Assembly: GCA_038496445.1 (NCBI GenBank)
Contig: JALMLS010000497.1
Coordinates: 1 to 64,000 of the forward strand
DNA: 64,000 nt
Reading direction: 5' to 3'
From: Trichosphaerium sp. ATCC 40318
Taxonomy: Eukaryota > Protista > Tubulinea
Shown here: positions 40,676-55,900 of the stretch, in pieces
How the letters are laid out: the number at the start of each line of letters is the position of its first letter
How positions within the stretch are numbered: the stretch's first letter is position 1
Program-made: the position numbers and the translations under genes
The notes under the pieces: generated by a model
Seen by the model: the letters and a program-made list of their open reading frames with translations, nothing else
Database searches by the model: none
Told to the model about the DNA's origin: nothing

Positions 40676-43600
40676 TTACCAATTCTCGTTTTCCAATAAA
40701 CCTTTGAGTCTTTCTACAATGACTCTGAATCTTGGTCTAGAACGAGCATGATGTTTCCAACAATCAATAACTAATGTTACAAAACTTTGTTCTAACGAAC
40801 TTGTAGGTTTAGGAATAGTAGGTCTACAAAATAAAAAAAGTAAGAAATACAAATCTTCATCTTTCAAAAAAAAAACCAAAACTTAAGAGCGAGAAGCTTT
40901 CATCGTATTGTTTTGCTCAAATATAAACACCAGTATTACTAATATATAAATAGAATATATAAAAATCCAAAATTATGTGTTAGGATACTGTACAGGCAAG
41001 CAACAAACTTAAGTTCGATTTTTTTTCAAACTGCAAAAAGAGAGAAAGTAAAACAAAGATAATAACGTACCTAACGTTCCCTTCCGAAATCATCTCCCTT
41101 AGGAGCCATTTATTTAAATGGCTAAATTCCTCATAAGGAAACCCACCATTTGTTAATAGTCTCCATAAAATTATTCCAAAACTATAAACATCACTCTGTA
41201 TAGAGTAAGCCTCTCCACGTATGATCTCTGGCGCAAGAACAGGTGTATTAAGAACAACAGGTCTTTTCAGTTTTTGCAAAACATAAGCTGCTGTTCCAAA
41301 ATCAGCTATCTTAGCTAATACTGGATCATCTGGATTTGAAGAAACCATCAAAACGTCTAAATGAAATTAAAAAGAAACATATCAAAAAATGCTTGGAGAA
41401 ACGTTTTCATTGTTTTCTCGTCTCAGACGAACTACGTTTATAAAATAATATCTAGCACAAAAATTTACCATATTTGGTGTTTTTTTAACATTAGTAGAGT
41501 TTTAAAGAGTGGGTAAGGTGTCGTCACCTTACAAAAGATATGCGAGCTTGGGTTTTTTTGATAAAAATGAGAAAATATGAGAAAAACGTTATTTCTTACT
41601 CTCACACTTGACATCTCGATGAATAATAGGTGGCGTTAGATTGTGCATACGAAGCATACCATTTGCAATATCACATGCTACTCTCAGTTTGAACTTCCAT
41701 GTAATGAGAGGCTAAAAAAACAGAAAAATTAAAAAAAAGTTTTAGCGCTGACAAAGATCCTTTTGAGCACGTTTCGCGTCTTGCAGTTTCAACAATTCAT
41801 TTGTAATAAATGTAAGTACCTTGTTTTCTTCTTTAGCAAGGAACTTTGCCAAGTCTCCCATAGGTAAGAACTCCATTACCATCGTCAAAGGGTCAACTGT
41901 CAAACCCAATAATTTAACAATGTTAGGATGCGAAAGCATTGCCATCAGTCTAACTTCATGTCTAAACTCAGTTACCATCTCTGAAGGATCTGATTCCTAG
42001 TAAAGTTTCTTAATTACCAATATCGAATGCTAATAAAAGAAGGCATGTGTCAGACGTACGTATTCTTCTTCAATGTGATAAAGTGTTTTAACAGCGACAG
42101 TCTCGCCTTTGTATGTAGCCTGTTGCACAGCGCCAAACCCACCAGCACCGATTGAATCTCCTAATTCAAGGTCCTTATATTGTAGCACCATATCAGCAAG
42201 ATCAGCAAGTGCTAAATCTGGAGCAAGGTCTTTAAGCCTGTAAAAAATATGTAAGAAAACATCCAAAATACCAAAATATAATTTTCGCTAAACAGAAATA
42301 CAGTCTCAGTACTTACAATACTTCTGTTCCATCTTCACATGTCAAATAACCTGATCCTGACGCTAAATAGAACTAAGAGTTGCGGACATCCAAAGACATG
42401 GTTTAGCATACCTAGAGCTTTTGCTACTTCTTCCTTGTCAAACATATCTGGCTTACCAAGTGGCAATGCAAATATAAAACACTTATATTCAGCACCTTGG
42501 AACCAATCATCTATAAGACTATCAACAGCTTGTGTCACATCAACAATGAGGCTAAACTCTTTTCTGAAGAAAAAAAAATAAGCAAAACAAATCGTACAAC
42601 GATAAACTCAACACTCCAACACGGCAATGAACAAACGCGTAATGTGATAAGAACACATTGCTGACAAATATATAGAACTTAATGAGCATAATGCCTGAAG
42701 CGGAGCGCAGGAGCTGCACATACTAAAGGACTCTAATAGAAATTTGATTACGTACTCCACGTAGAATACAACAGTTAAACTATGACTGCAGTTATCATAA
42801 TTCAAAGTACACTTTTGTCCACTCCGGCCAAGAGACAACCCGTTCTGCCAGTACCCAATAAAAGATACATTCGGAAGATGTAAACAACGTATAATAAGTC
42901 TACTTGCGAAACTTATGGGCATAAACTTAAACCTAACAAACCAAATAAGCAAACGGCGACTTCTGCCAATGTAATACTCTAAGGTATATGTGTACATACC
43001 TGTAAGCCCTTCTATAACATTTCTTATCCATGTCGGTGTATGAAACAGCAGCAGAAGGAACAACATCTGTTACTAAGCAAGGAATCAAGAATTTTTGTTC
43101 AGTGTTTTTTTCCGTATCTAAAATAGTAGTAAGCATCATGTCTACATGTCTTTTCTAATTACGTACTTGGAAGTAAGTATACAAGTTCAAAATGTTGTAG
43201 TAATTGTAGCAACTTTTTTTTCATGCTCTTGGTCACGTGAGGCCAGAAATGTTGCATTATGTTTGACCGTTCAACTGTACCATTCTTTATCCAATTATGT
43301 TTTGTAGTAATCTAAAAATGACCGTTAGTTTTTACCCAACACATGATCATAGTGCGGTTGTAATCACGTACTACTTCAGAGAATATGTCACAAAGAAACT
43401 GAGGGCTCAAAAAAACGACATCAGATAAAGCATTAAAGTCACCAGACTCAGAAAAATGAAGTATTACACCTGAGCTAGGTTACCAAAAAACTTATGATAC
43501 CTTCTTTAAATGTGCGTACCTGCATGACTTAGGGCACGAGCGGCATTTGTTGTTTCAGAAGGGTCAATATCAGCATTGCTACATAGCATGCAAAACTTCT

Positions 43601-46600
43601 TCCATGATATGAAATGCTAAATAAAAACACTTTGGTCAACCACCAGCTTTTCTCGATGAAACTTCTTACCTGAGATAGTCCCGCTAAAGTGTTCTCAAGT
43701 TTCAGATAAGGCTCAGGCATATCATAACTATACATGGCGTTAAGAAAAGACAAATACGATAATGACTCTAGTCTCACATACCCAACTAGGCGGAACTTGA
43801 AGCAAGCGTCAATTATTGTGTTCTTTAATGTTCGCATACCCTTTCAGAAAATAAGTACTCAGCTCATGAATCGTATACACGCTCACCTTGATTTCCTTGC
43901 AACTAGTTACAAGGTAGCTTACAATATTTAGAAAAGATTTGTATCGCCTAAACGTAAGTGTTAGTTGTTTTTACATAAAGAAAGTTTTCTGTAACAATAA
44001 CTTACTTGCAAACAGCTTTCATTGCTTCTTGAGCTTCATCATCACTCATTGTCTCGGCTTTATTACCAATTAAGATTATTGGGGTAGTTTTGCCAGCACT
44101 AACAAAGAGTAAGAAAACCCCAACCAAAGCCAGTATCATACCGTGTGCAAATAGCCTAAAAAACAAAAGCGTCAGGAGAACCGAGTTAAATGGAGTGTTA
44201 CCTTTATCCAATATTCTATTGGTGTATAACAAGGATCGTTTATATCAAATACAACAAGATATATTGCTCTAGAAGACAAGAAAAAGGAATGTGTTCCGTA
44301 GTACAATTCTTGACCTAGTGACAAAAAAATTAGACCTCAAGTTAAACCTTGTTTGTTCATGCCAGCATAGTCCCATATGTTCAATAGAATACGTTTACCA
44401 GAAGTACTTGACTTGATTTCAGCTTGAGATATATCAATACCATCTGTTGACAAGTTATTATCAAGAGTAGGTAAAGTATACAACAGATAATAATTACGCT
44501 TTAAAAGCATGGACAAAGACGTTTTCCCAACCTTTAAGAAAAAAATTAGAACACAGAAGCTCCAAAAAATTACAAGTACTACGTACCCCTGCGTCACCTA
44601 CTAGCATTAATTTAACTTTTTCATAAGTCACTTTGGTGTTAGCATCGCCTTCAAGCGAAGTCAAATAAGTGTACAATCGAGATGTAGTGAAAGATCGTTG
44701 TAGATGAAAGTCGGCCATGTCACCAAACTCTTCTTCTGGTATAAGGCTCCAAGGATTGTTAAGAAGTTGTATCTCTTCTAACTGCGTTAACTGACATAAT
44801 TGTCTTGGCAACGCATCAATGTTGTTGTTTGAAAGTAATAAAGCCTTCAAGTTCGTAAGATTAGCTGCAAACAAAGTTAGTTCTAGTTTCTTTCGAAAAT
44901 ACATCATAAAAGGCATGTACAAGAGTTTTACTGCCTTCCTGATGATTCACACTTCTTACAGTGCAGTACACATCTTTTTACATACCTATCTTGCTTGTGA
45001 CTTTAGCTATCTTATTAGAACGTAGATCGAGATGTGTCAAGCTACGAAGCTTATAGAATGAGTTTGGAATAAATCTAAGTGATGCGCCATGACTTAAGTC
45101 TAATTTTGTGATGTGTAGCTTTTCTATATTGTAGTTCAAGTGTAAATCTTGTTTTTCAATATTCATAGCAGCTTTTGCAGCAACACATGTAAGTGGACAA
45201 AATCCCTTGAATAAAAATTACAACGAACTTTTTTCTTTAAATACCCAAGTGTTGTTGTCGCCCGTACCTTATAGATTACTCTATGTTCTCCATCAGGTCC
45301 AATGCTACATATCTAGAGATATTACATAAGTAAAAATTCAATGGTAAATTATAAGGTGGAGTAACGATTTTATAGTACCTTATCAAAACGTTGTGTGTAC
45401 GCCTCACTGATTCGTTTTCTTGAAGCGTGGGCTAAACCACAATCATTTATATTAAGCCAATAAATGGATGTATTATAGTTCATGGCTTTAGATAATGATC
45501 TAGCATTGTTTGTTCCAATTCTGTTACCAGATAGACTAAGAATTTTTATAAAATTGTTGAGCCGAATGACATCACAGATGTGTTTCGTAAACACACCCTT
45601 TTTATCTGTTTTAGACATATCAAGGATACTTATACTCTGGTTAAATATTAAAGCTGTACATAGTAGAATAAAGGTATCTTCGCATAGTGTATTATGTGAT
45701 ACATTAAGTTGACGTAAATTAAGACGATCTGAAATTAGTGGTACAAGTGCTTCAACAGCTTGCAGCTCTAAGGTTATAATGAGTTGAGGTTTACACAACA
45801 AGAGAAATCAAATTAATGTTAACATGAAGTACCCAGATTGCAGTGCGAGAGATTCAAGGATGTGAGACCAATAGCCAATGAAATCTCTGAAGGTAGTGCA
45901 GAAATAAAATTATTGCTCAAATTTAAATGAACAACGCTTGGCTTTTCGCAAATCACTTTAATCATCTCCATATTTGCTTTCTTTGTAGCTAGAGAACTAA
46001 TGAGTATATAATTTTATAAGAAAAAGGTATAAAAGCTACCACAACTGGCCGCACTATTGATGTTATTGCTAGATAAGTTGACACATTTCAGAAGAGGTGT
46101 AAAATCTCGAAATGTCCTTAAGAACTCTGAGCAGCGTATATTACATGAATCCAAGTTTATACAAGTCAATAGAGGTAATTCACATAATTTATCGGCAACA
46201 GAAGGACCTATAACATATCAACACTGACTATGAAATACTTTGTTTTGTAAATAACTAAGAAAAATCACGTACCTGACGCATCATGACAAGCCAATGATAA
46301 AAATTTAGCTGCTATGTACCTCCCAACAATAGAACAAATAGCTTTTGTTTCATCTGAACAAACACGTGTTTTCTTGCTAGTACCAAACTTTTTCTTCTTT
46401 TTTTCTGATTTTTCTAACGATACATCCAAATGTGTCACAGACTTACTAGGAGTACGAACATGTTCTCTTACTAGTTTAATAGTCCTCAAATCTGTAAAAT
46501 TTCCGAGGGGAAGAGAACTATCAAAGAACTTTAACTGTGAATGCGCCACACCTTCCAAAACTGAATAAACATCCTGGATTTGAGTACTCTCACACCAACA

Positions 46601-48187
46601 TTCACGAATGCCAAGGTACGTTAGATTACAAGTTTCAAGCATCATACATATATGAAGCGCTGATTTAACATCAAGAAAAGGATTATAAGAAAGCTCCAGC
46701 CGCTTGATATTGACCATATCAGTTAGACGTTCAACGATTTGGCAGATGTTACAAATGCCAATAGAAGTTATCGAATTATTGGAAAGGTTAAGGTACTCAA
46801 CAGGTGAATGGTATATAAGCGGTGCTATAGGCATAACACCATTATCATCAATAAGATTATGAGATAAATTTAACTCTTTAAGAGTACTTGCTGTTGCTGA
46901 ATTCTTAATAGCATTGATAAGCTCAGCTATGAGATGTGTTAGTTTTACAAAAAAAAAAGTGACAACATGATGAAACGAAAAAAATTACGTACTGACATCT
47001 TCAGACGTTATAGAAGAGTGAGATAAATCTAAGGAGTACAATCCATTCGCAGTACTTATTACTTGTATAAGAGGTGTCGGCATGAATATTTCTAAGTCCA
47101 TATTAGCACGTACAGTAGAGTTTAACAAAAAATCTTCAAACAATCAATAGAAAAAGTTTTCTACGCTATTCTTTGTACCTGAACGACTCTTACTACGCCA
47201 ATTGCTTAATTTAATGACACGTGGTAGTTTATCAACGTCAACAGCTGGAGTGGCTCCTTTTTCGGCGACTTCTTTCTTAAAGCTTTGGCTCTCCTCTTCA
47301 TCTATTTCCTCTAGAATACGAGAGCCAACTGCTACTGTGAAATCTTCGGGCACAATACCACGATTAACGACTTCGGTAAAAAACAAGTATAACTGCGTCT
47401 TCTCACTAGTGAGCGTGCTAGTAACGCGTCAAAAAGCGAATCATGGTTTCACATCAAAATCAGGAAAAATTAATTGTTTTTAGATGCAATAGTCTGGCAA
47501 CAGTTTTACTAAGAGTTTACGTACGTTTTGTTTATAGTACAGGTAGATTCTGACACTGTGGCATTACTCCATTGACAATTGTTTACTAACTCCTTTAGAA
47601 TGGTTTACTTACTATATAAGTACCAGAAACCGCGTCCATGAGGTCAAGTAGCGCGTTTACATTTGAATCAATGCCAAGAGTACCCAAGACGCCGTCTTTC
47701 AGTGTGTCAAGGTCTCTGAGGTAGTGTACACCCGCTAACGCAAATATTTCAGTTATCTCCGGCAAACCAATAGCTTCGAGCACAGTAGACATGCGATAAT
47801 CATCCTTGATATCAGTAACCTACAATAACATCATTTAACACTGATTTTACAAAGAGAACATACAAGTTTTTCTGTATCTTCATTGTTTCCTTCTTTCGCT
47901 GTAGTAGCACCCTTGTTGGAGATCATTTGGCTGTTATATTGCCTTCATGAGGCTTGTAGGGCTTTTAAGGCAATTTCTGTATTAATATTGCTTTCTAAAT
48001 CCGTTAACGAGTTAAATACAACACTTATCACAGATGATGCGACCAGCCTGTTATTTGGCTTTCAGCAAAAGTTAGTATTATTGCCTAAATAGCCCATAAA
48101 GGCAACGCCCGCGTTATACAAATTTCACACGCCACAAAACAAAGTGTGGTACGTCGTAAACCGCGAAACGTGGAAAAATGAATTCAT
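40676..48187 (-). CDS. Roco protein (SAM-like, LRRs, Roc GTPase, COR, TKL kinase)
   Basis: KLMLVGDAGVGKTS, STDGID, WDYAGQE, IILIGNK; COR VFLSPQFL; kinase GAGGFG, HRDVK, DFG and APE. The start is approximate. Confidence 0.92.
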
Positions 48188-48909
48188 TCTCGCTCAATAT
48201 TTAGACGAAAGGATTTCGGATAATTTGTATCTCCTTGTATTCACGAAGCTACCATATATCGTTTACAATATTTGGTTGGAGAGAAAAATGACGTTGTAGT
48301 AATCTCCTTCACGAACTTTCGAAAGTTCCTTTACATTTTTTTTTTGTGACGAAGCAGTTTTTTTGTTGTTTTTATGAAATGTCAAGTGAAATGTAACATA
48401 CACGTTCATAATTTATGTAGTACCGTAGTACGTGTAATAACAATATCGAAATATGCGAAAATAAGGGTGATGACGCATGTTTGGAAGCACACTTGCTATT
48501 TCCAGAGAACATTACCCAAATCCCTATTTCTTGTTAGCAATAGACTCTATGTCTTCAGGTATTTAAGTCTTTCCCAACTTTTGACGCCTCAGCACCGTTT
48601 TGGGGTAACCCACAAAACAAAAAAAATATCTGGCGTTCCCAGCATTACCAGCAAACATGGGAACACTAACATACAAAAAAAAACACAAAAGCAGTTCACC
48701 AAACAGCCCCTAAGAAATAAAGTCCAGAAATTTCTCATCTCTCTTTTCGTTATTACATCAGCCCCTATCACAACAACTAGCGCTAACACGTATCGTACAT
48801 AATGCTTATCAATGATATTACATCTTCACCACCTAAAAGACAAATCACGTGTCCTCCGAAGAGATTACAACTGTACGTAAAAAAAAAACTTGATAGAATT
48901 AATTGATTA

Positions 48910-49701
48910 TTGTCAAAACAACAACAAGAAAGTTCCTACTCGCAGATTTACATATTAATGAATCACGAAAAAGCCTCCGAAATTTATTATTGCAGATTTT
49001 TTTTTTTTGCCTTTTTTTTTTTTGTCCGGTTTTTTTCAGAATCTCCTCGCGTATCGCTTCGTTCATCGATTAACACCTCTAATTTTAAACTTAGGCTCTC
49101 AAAGCTACCTTCAGATATAGTTTCACGACTTTTCAAACTCGATCAGGATGCTTATATCACGTGGCCATTACTATGCAGGCGAACGAGCCAAAAACGATTC
49201 GACTGTAACATGGAGAAAAAAGGAGAGTGGACAAAGTGGAGATGTTGCTACCTGTACGCTGTTAGTACATTTTCGAGAGGTAGAAAAAATGGCCTCAGCA
49301 CGCGCTACTTTAAGAACGGGTTAGTACAAGAGCGTTGTTACTACATCCACGGAAAAATAGAAGGGACATTCACAAAATGGCATCCGAATGGTAAAGTTGA
49401 CGTTGAATGTTTTTTTAAAGAAGGTATACAACAAGGAGAGTTTAAGAAATGGTATCCTGATGGTAAACTCGAAGAGAAGTGTTTCTTGAAAGAAGGTAAA
49501 CCCGAAGGAGAATACGTGTCATGGAAAAAGAATGGTCAAGTTTATTCCCATGTTATGATATCTAACGGCGTAGTGGTACAGATTAACGCTTTATACGGTA
49601 TCCAAGACTTTGTCAAAAAATACAAGGAGCAGCAAAGACAACGACAGCTTCAGCTACAACATCGACGGTATCGAAATACTATAACGCCTGTGTTCATATA
49701 A
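48910..49701 (+). CDS. F-box-like + MORN-variant repeat protein, copy 4
   Basis: LSKLPSDIVSRLFKLDQDAYITWPLL..RFDCNMEKKGEW followed by KWHPNG/KWYPDG repeats. The true start is uncertain. Confidence 0.75.
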   Translation: MSKQQQESSYSQIYILMNHEKASEIYYCRFFFFAFFFFVRFFSESPRVSLRSSINTSNFKLRLSKLPSDIVSRLFKLDQDAYITWPLLCRRTSQKRFDCNMEKKGEWTKWRCCYLYAVSTFSRGRKNGLSTRYFKNGLVQERCYYIHGKIEGTFTKWHPNGKVDVECFFKEGIQQGEFKKWYPDGKLEEKCFLKEGKPEGEYVSWKKNGQVYSHVMISNGVVVQINALYGIQDFVKKYKEQQRQRQLQLQHRRYRNTITPVFI

Positions 49702-49920
49702 AAAGGTTGTTCGAAAAAAAAAGAATAAAATGTACAAAGTTAACAATGTATCGCTTTTTGTGATTTGTTTTTTTTGTTTATGAAGCGTTCAGTATCTCTT
49801 TTGATATGTTTTCTTTTATGTTGTTACATTCTTATTAGCGAAAAATTTAGTGAGTGTTCTAAGATGCTCCTTTTTGATTTTTTTTTTTTGAACAAAAAAC
49901 AATCACGTTTGGGAGGTTTG

Positions 49921-52900
49921 TTATCTACATTGTTCTTGTGTCGGCGCTTTGCAGTAAAAATACGCTGCCTGTTGTCTGTAACATGCTCCATTCTCGTTCT
50001 TAAATCTTGTCGGACCACATATACATGTCTCAGTAGAGCCACAAAGAACCTAAAACAAAAATTAAAACATGAAAAAACCAAAAAAATCACCTCAACACGA
50101 AAAAAAAAAAGTTCCTGAATACAACCCGTCTAAAAATACCAAAGAATAATCATGATATACTTAATTACGATAAAAAGAACATGAATAAAAGCATGTTTCA
50201 AAAATTAACTATATTTATTCGAAATGTCAACGGAAAAAGAACATTGTTTGACGTTTCGAAATTTCCTATCATATTTACAAAAATATCACGTGGAGTTTTT
50301 TTTTGTCGTTTTTGATTTTTTCGGGTCTTTAAAAGGTTTTTTTCAAAAAAACACTTTTGATCCTGAACGTACGATTCCGTGATCAGCCCAAACGCCTGTA
50401 AATAATGCAGCATCGCCTCCGAATGCCGCAGATTGTGCAGAAACTTCAGCAGTACAATGTACACTGTCTGAAGAACAAGAACAATTTCCTTCGCCACTTC
50501 CACATCTACAATTGAATCCATCGCATCTATTTAAAACCAATTAAACCAAGTAAACCAAATAAAAAAACGATCGCTGAGATTAGTAAGAAAAAAACTCCTT
50601 AAGAAGTTAACAAATGTTTGTTGAGCTCTCTTTGTTGTTCTCATTATCTCTTGTTTTTAGCTGTTTGTTATTACGTACTGACAATTTCCAGCTTCGTCTA
50701 ATGTTCCTCCGCATATTTGCTGGCGAGACGGAGCGGATGAAGTAGGATTTACTGTAGGAGGAGATGTTGGAACTTGTGATGGTTGTATTGATACTGGCGC
50801 GTCAGTTGGTGTAGTTCCTGTAGAAGGCGCGTTCACAGTCGCTGGTTGTGATAACGTTGTTGGTGTTAATAGTGTATTTGGTGGTTGGATATTAGGTGCA
50901 AACGTTGGTATCATTGTCGGTGGAGGTGTTACACCAGTTGGAGATCCAAACGGAGTTAATGAAGAAGTAGGAACCAGTATTGAGCTCGGTATTGCCAATG
51001 AACCAGGTACTCGAACAGACGATGGTGTCATAATAGTTGTAGGTGTAGAAATTGTGTTTGGTGCACTGACAGTTGTTGGGATCTGAACTGTCGTTGGTGT
51101 AAAAACAGTGGATGGAGCTGAAATAGTTGAAGGCGAAGAAAATGTCGCTGGTGCTGCTACTGACGTTGGATTCTGAACTGTTGTAGGTGTACCACTTGTG
51201 GTTATTGTCGTAGGTACTGGTAGCGTCACAGGCGAAGCCAACGTGACAGGTGACTGAATTGTTGATGGCGTTGATATAGTTGAGGGTGAAACAACTGTAG
51301 TTGGTGTTATAATTGTTGAAGGGTTTTGGATTGTTGAAGGTGTTGATACAGTTGTAGGTTCACCTACTGTTGATGGTACACCAACTGCACTTGGTGTATT
51401 GGATGTTGTACTTGATGGTGTAACGCTTGTGCTTGGCGCGTTAGAAGTCGATGTTGTAGGTGTAACAGTTGTTGTAACTGAAGGTGTAGCAACTGTTGAG
51501 GGTGTGTTAAGAGTTGCTGGTTGTAATGACGTTGTTGGTGTTAATAGTGTATTTGGTGGTTGGATATTAGGTGCAAACGTTGGTATCATTGTCGGTGGAG
51601 GTGTTGCACCAGTTGGAGATCCAAACGGAGTTAACGAAGAAGTAGGAACCAGTATTGAGCTCGGTATTGCCAATGAACCAGGTACTCGAACAGACGATGG
51701 TGTCATAATAGTTGTAGGTGTAGAAATTGTGTTTGGTGCACTGACAGTTGTTGGGTTCTGAATCGTCGTTGGTGTAAATACAGTCGAGGGTGTTGAGACT
51801 GATGAAGGAGCTGAAACTGTCGACGGTGAAGCGACTGTACCTGGTGTCATTATAGTCGAAGGGTTCTGGACAGTTGATGGCACATCTTGAGAGGTAGGTG
51901 AAGACGTTGTTGTGGCCGGAGATACAATAGTTGATGGTGTTTGAACAGTTGAAGGTGAGTTGATTGTTGTAGGCACTCTGATGGTACTTGGTGTAACTAT
52001 TGTTGAGGGTGTTTGTATTGTGGAAGGTGTGAGTGCCGTTGTTGGTGATATAATCGTATTAGGAGCTCTTACTGTAGCAGGGTTCTGAATTGTTGAAGGT
52101 GTGAAAACAGTAGAAGGTGCTGAAACTGTTGACGGTGTTGTTGCTGGTGCTATAGCTGTTGATGTTGTACCAGGTGATATAACAGTTGAGGGTGAGGACA
52201 CAGTCGAGGGTGAAACAATCGTTGTTGGTGTTGTAACTGTCGAAGGGTTTTGAATAGTTGTAGGTGTGAAAACAGTTGATGGTGTTGAAACAGTTGCAGG
52301 CGAAATGATTGTTGCTGGTTGTGAGTTTATGGAAGGTGATGCACTTGTTGATGGCACACCAATTGTGCTTGGTTCATTGGATGTTGATGGAGTACCACTT
52401 GTGCTTGGCGCATTGGATGTTGATGGTGTAGCACTCGTACTTGGTGCATTGGATGTTGTACTAGATGGTGTAACGCCTGTACTTGGTGCGTTTGATGTTG
52501 TAGGTGTAGCACTCGTTGTTGGAGCGCCAACAGTTGAAGGCGCACTGACTGTTGAAGGAGCACCAACAGTTGTAACAGTTGAAGGTATTACACTTGTTGT
52601 TACTGGGGTGAGGATTGTAGAGGGAACAGAAGCTATTGTAGGTGCGATTGTTGATTGGCTTGTAGGTGAAGCACCAAAGGGTGTAAGTGAAGAAGTAGGA
52701 ACGCTTATTGTGTTGGGCGATGCTATTGAACCAGGTACTTGAATTGTTGATGGTGTGCTTAGTGTAGAAGGCGTTGGAGAGGAAGTTGTTGGTTGACTTG
52801 TTGGAGGCAACGTTGTGGGCGCCATCGTTGGTGGTTGTGTAGTTAGTGATACGATAGGTGCCATAGTTGTAGGGGATCTTGTGGTTGGCGGCTGTGTTGT

Positions 52901-55900
52901 TGGAGCCATAGTTGGAGCAGTTGTAGGCGCTCTTGTTGTTGGTATCACCACAGGAGCTTCTGTTGTTGGAGCCAATGTAGGAGGTAGTGTTGTAGGTGCG
53001 TTTGTTGTCGGTGCGGTTGTTGGTTGTCTGGTTGGTGATTGCGTTGTTGGCTCTGGCACAGGTGGAGCAGTTGGTGCCATAGTTGTTGGAGATCGGGTGG
53101 TCGGAGGACGTGTTGTTGGCTGCATGGTTGGCGCTGTTGTTGGTGGTTGTGTTGTAGGTATCACTACAGGTGCTGATGTGGTTGGAGGCAAAGTTGGAGG
53201 TTGCGTTGTAGGAGCCCTTGTAGTCGGTGGAAGTGTGGTTGGTTGTTGAGTTGGTGCTGTGGTTGGTGCTCTTGATGGTGGATTCGTTGTTGGAGATCTC
53301 GTCGTTGGCGGCAGCGTTGTAGGAACTCGAGTTGGTGCCCTTGTAGGTGATTGCGTTGTTGGCTCTGGTACAGGTGCAGCAGTTGGTGCCATAGTTGTTG
53401 GAGAACGTGTGGTTGGTGGTAGCGTCGTAGGTGGACGAGTTGGGGCACGTGTTGGCGCTCTTGTTGGAGGGTTTGTGGTAGGAGCGCGCGTGGTTGGTGG
53501 TCGTGTTGTAGGAGCGAGTGTGGGTGCTCTTGTTGGCGCTCTTGATGGTGGATTTGTAGTTGGTGCTCGTGTAGTTGGAGGCCGCGTTGTAGGTGGACGA
53601 GTGGGCGCTCTAGTTGGTGCTCTTGTTGGAGGATTTGTGGTTGGAGCACGTGTAGTTGGAGGTCGGGTCGTTGGCGAACGAGTTGGTGCACGTGTAGGTG
53701 CTCGAGTTGGTGCTCGGGTTGGTGCTTGAGTTGGCGCGCGAGTTGGTGCTCGGGTTGGCGCTCGAGTTGGCGGATTTGTAGTAGGAGATCTTGTCGTTGG
53801 TGGCAGTGTTGTAGGAACGCGTGTAGGCGCTGTAGTTGGAGCTCTTGTAGGCGCTCGAGTGGGTGACGCTTCCGTTGGGGAATTTGTTGGGTCCCCTACT
53901 CTGAAAGGCAATTGGTTACTTAAAATACCTTGCGCGGCTACTTCTATTCCACTTAGAGTTCCTGTAACGGTACTGGGTACTCTACAGCTCTAAGTAAGAC
54001 GTTAGTGAACAAAATAAATGAAACAAAAAAAAAAGAAAGATTGAGTACACATCTTTTTTGTACTGAACTTTTTTTGAGTGTAAATGAATAATACCGTAAG
54101 GCACGTTATGTGAAATTTTAAATTTATCACGTGGGGTATGATTTGGAAATTTTGGGTTCAAAAAAAACCGACTCAAAAAAAAAGTTTTGGGTTTTTGGAA
54201 AACAGAAAAAAAAAAAAGAGCTGTACGTGCAACTTCAGATGCCGCGGCATTAACAACAACATTTTCTCCTGTAATAGTTGAAAATAATCCTCCAAATATA
54301 CATGTTACTGTTTCATAAAAGAAAAATCCTCTGACTGTTACTGTATCTCCTGGTCTTACTTGTGTTGGAAAAACCCAAAAGATAGCTGGACAAGGCTCTC
54401 TATTTTCTATTGAACAAAAATCACGTGTTAGCGAAACAAAAAAAAGGGTTTTGTGGTTTTTTCGGTACTTACCTGGTAGTGTCCATCCAAGTCTATGAAA
54501 TACGTTCACATCATTTAAACTGAATCCAGGTACTTCGTTTGGACTTATCACAGGGTCCATGATACCTTTTCATCGCAAGTTAGAAATTTCTTTCGCTTTT
54601 TTTTTTTAGTTTTGCTTTGAATTGACCTTACCTAAGTTCCTGCCATCTCTCCATGAATCCGCAGGGTTACCATCTCCCGTGAGACCCGAAGAAAATTCGA
54701 TACCTCGAGGATCAGCATCACTATTAGTGAAATACATTGCTCGTTGACCTGAAAGTAAAGAAAATTAGAAATCGTACCAGAGAAGAAAACCTTGATTACC
54801 TGGAGTCAACATGCGCGGTGTTCCAAACCAACTAGGATCTGACGTAATCGGGTACCTGTATAAATCCAAAACAGTTGGATATACAGAAGTAGAAGGACCC
54901 ATTGGGTTTTCAACTAAACGCGAACTAATTAGTCACAAATAAACAATAAAGTAACGTTACTTCGTGTTGTATCTGATATAAATCCTAACACGTGTCCTAT
55001 TTCTCTTACAAGTACTCCCAAACCATCAACAGCTCCCTTTTAGATGTTGGTAAACAGCAGAGATAATAATCGACGTACATTTTCTACAGGAGTTGTAGTA
55101 TCCCAATCGAAATTTGCTGAATTTGATAAAGTAATAACACCATCTGTTACGCCGTTCTGGGAATCGAATTGATTGGCATTCCCAGGAAATAACATCTAAA
55201 CGCCATTGAGTGCATGTTAGGAACGTGATCATAAAACTGATTAAGCAAAACAGCAAAGAAAGAAACGATAAAACACGTGGCTGCGGGTTGGTGCTGGTTA
55301 TTATTTACCTTTGCCACAGTTTTTGCAGGACCCATTTGTGTTGGCGGTTGAAATAGGGATGGTATTGTAAATTCTGGATCTCTAGGGTACATTCCTACAG
55401 GGAAGAATCTTTGTTCGAGTACTGTACTGTACAATTGAGTAAATAAATGAAGGATATTAAGAAGGAAATCGAAAGGTGAGAAACAAAACGTAACATCAAG
55501 GTAAATAACGTACGTCAATTCTGCTGTATCAATACCCATAACCCTTGTTACTGTAGTTTGTGCAAGGTTCAAGAAGTTTGGTACTGATCCAAATTGTACT
55601 GTAATAGATATGCGTTGATCATCAATAATCATTTGTTCCTTAATATACATAAACTAACGCCAAAGTTCATTGTGATGTATTACGTACCCACACAAATATA
55701 GCTGCTTGTACGGCTTCTTCAAAGCCTTCTACCTACAGCAACGATAAGTTTATTATGCATAATGGTATCACGTGCGCTTTGTGATCCTCCTGCAAAGGTA
55801 ACTTGAAAATCTATATCTGAAGTATATCCGCCTGTGGTAGGATCAGTACTTGCCCTATTATGTTATAAGAAATTTTGCACTAAGAGTTGATTTCGTACCT

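Noticed and set aside
51399-53729. Long Val/Gly-rich plus-strand ORFs and His/Gln-rich alternate-frame ORFs
   Set aside because: They are shadows of the Pro/Thr codon repeats in the mucin exon.
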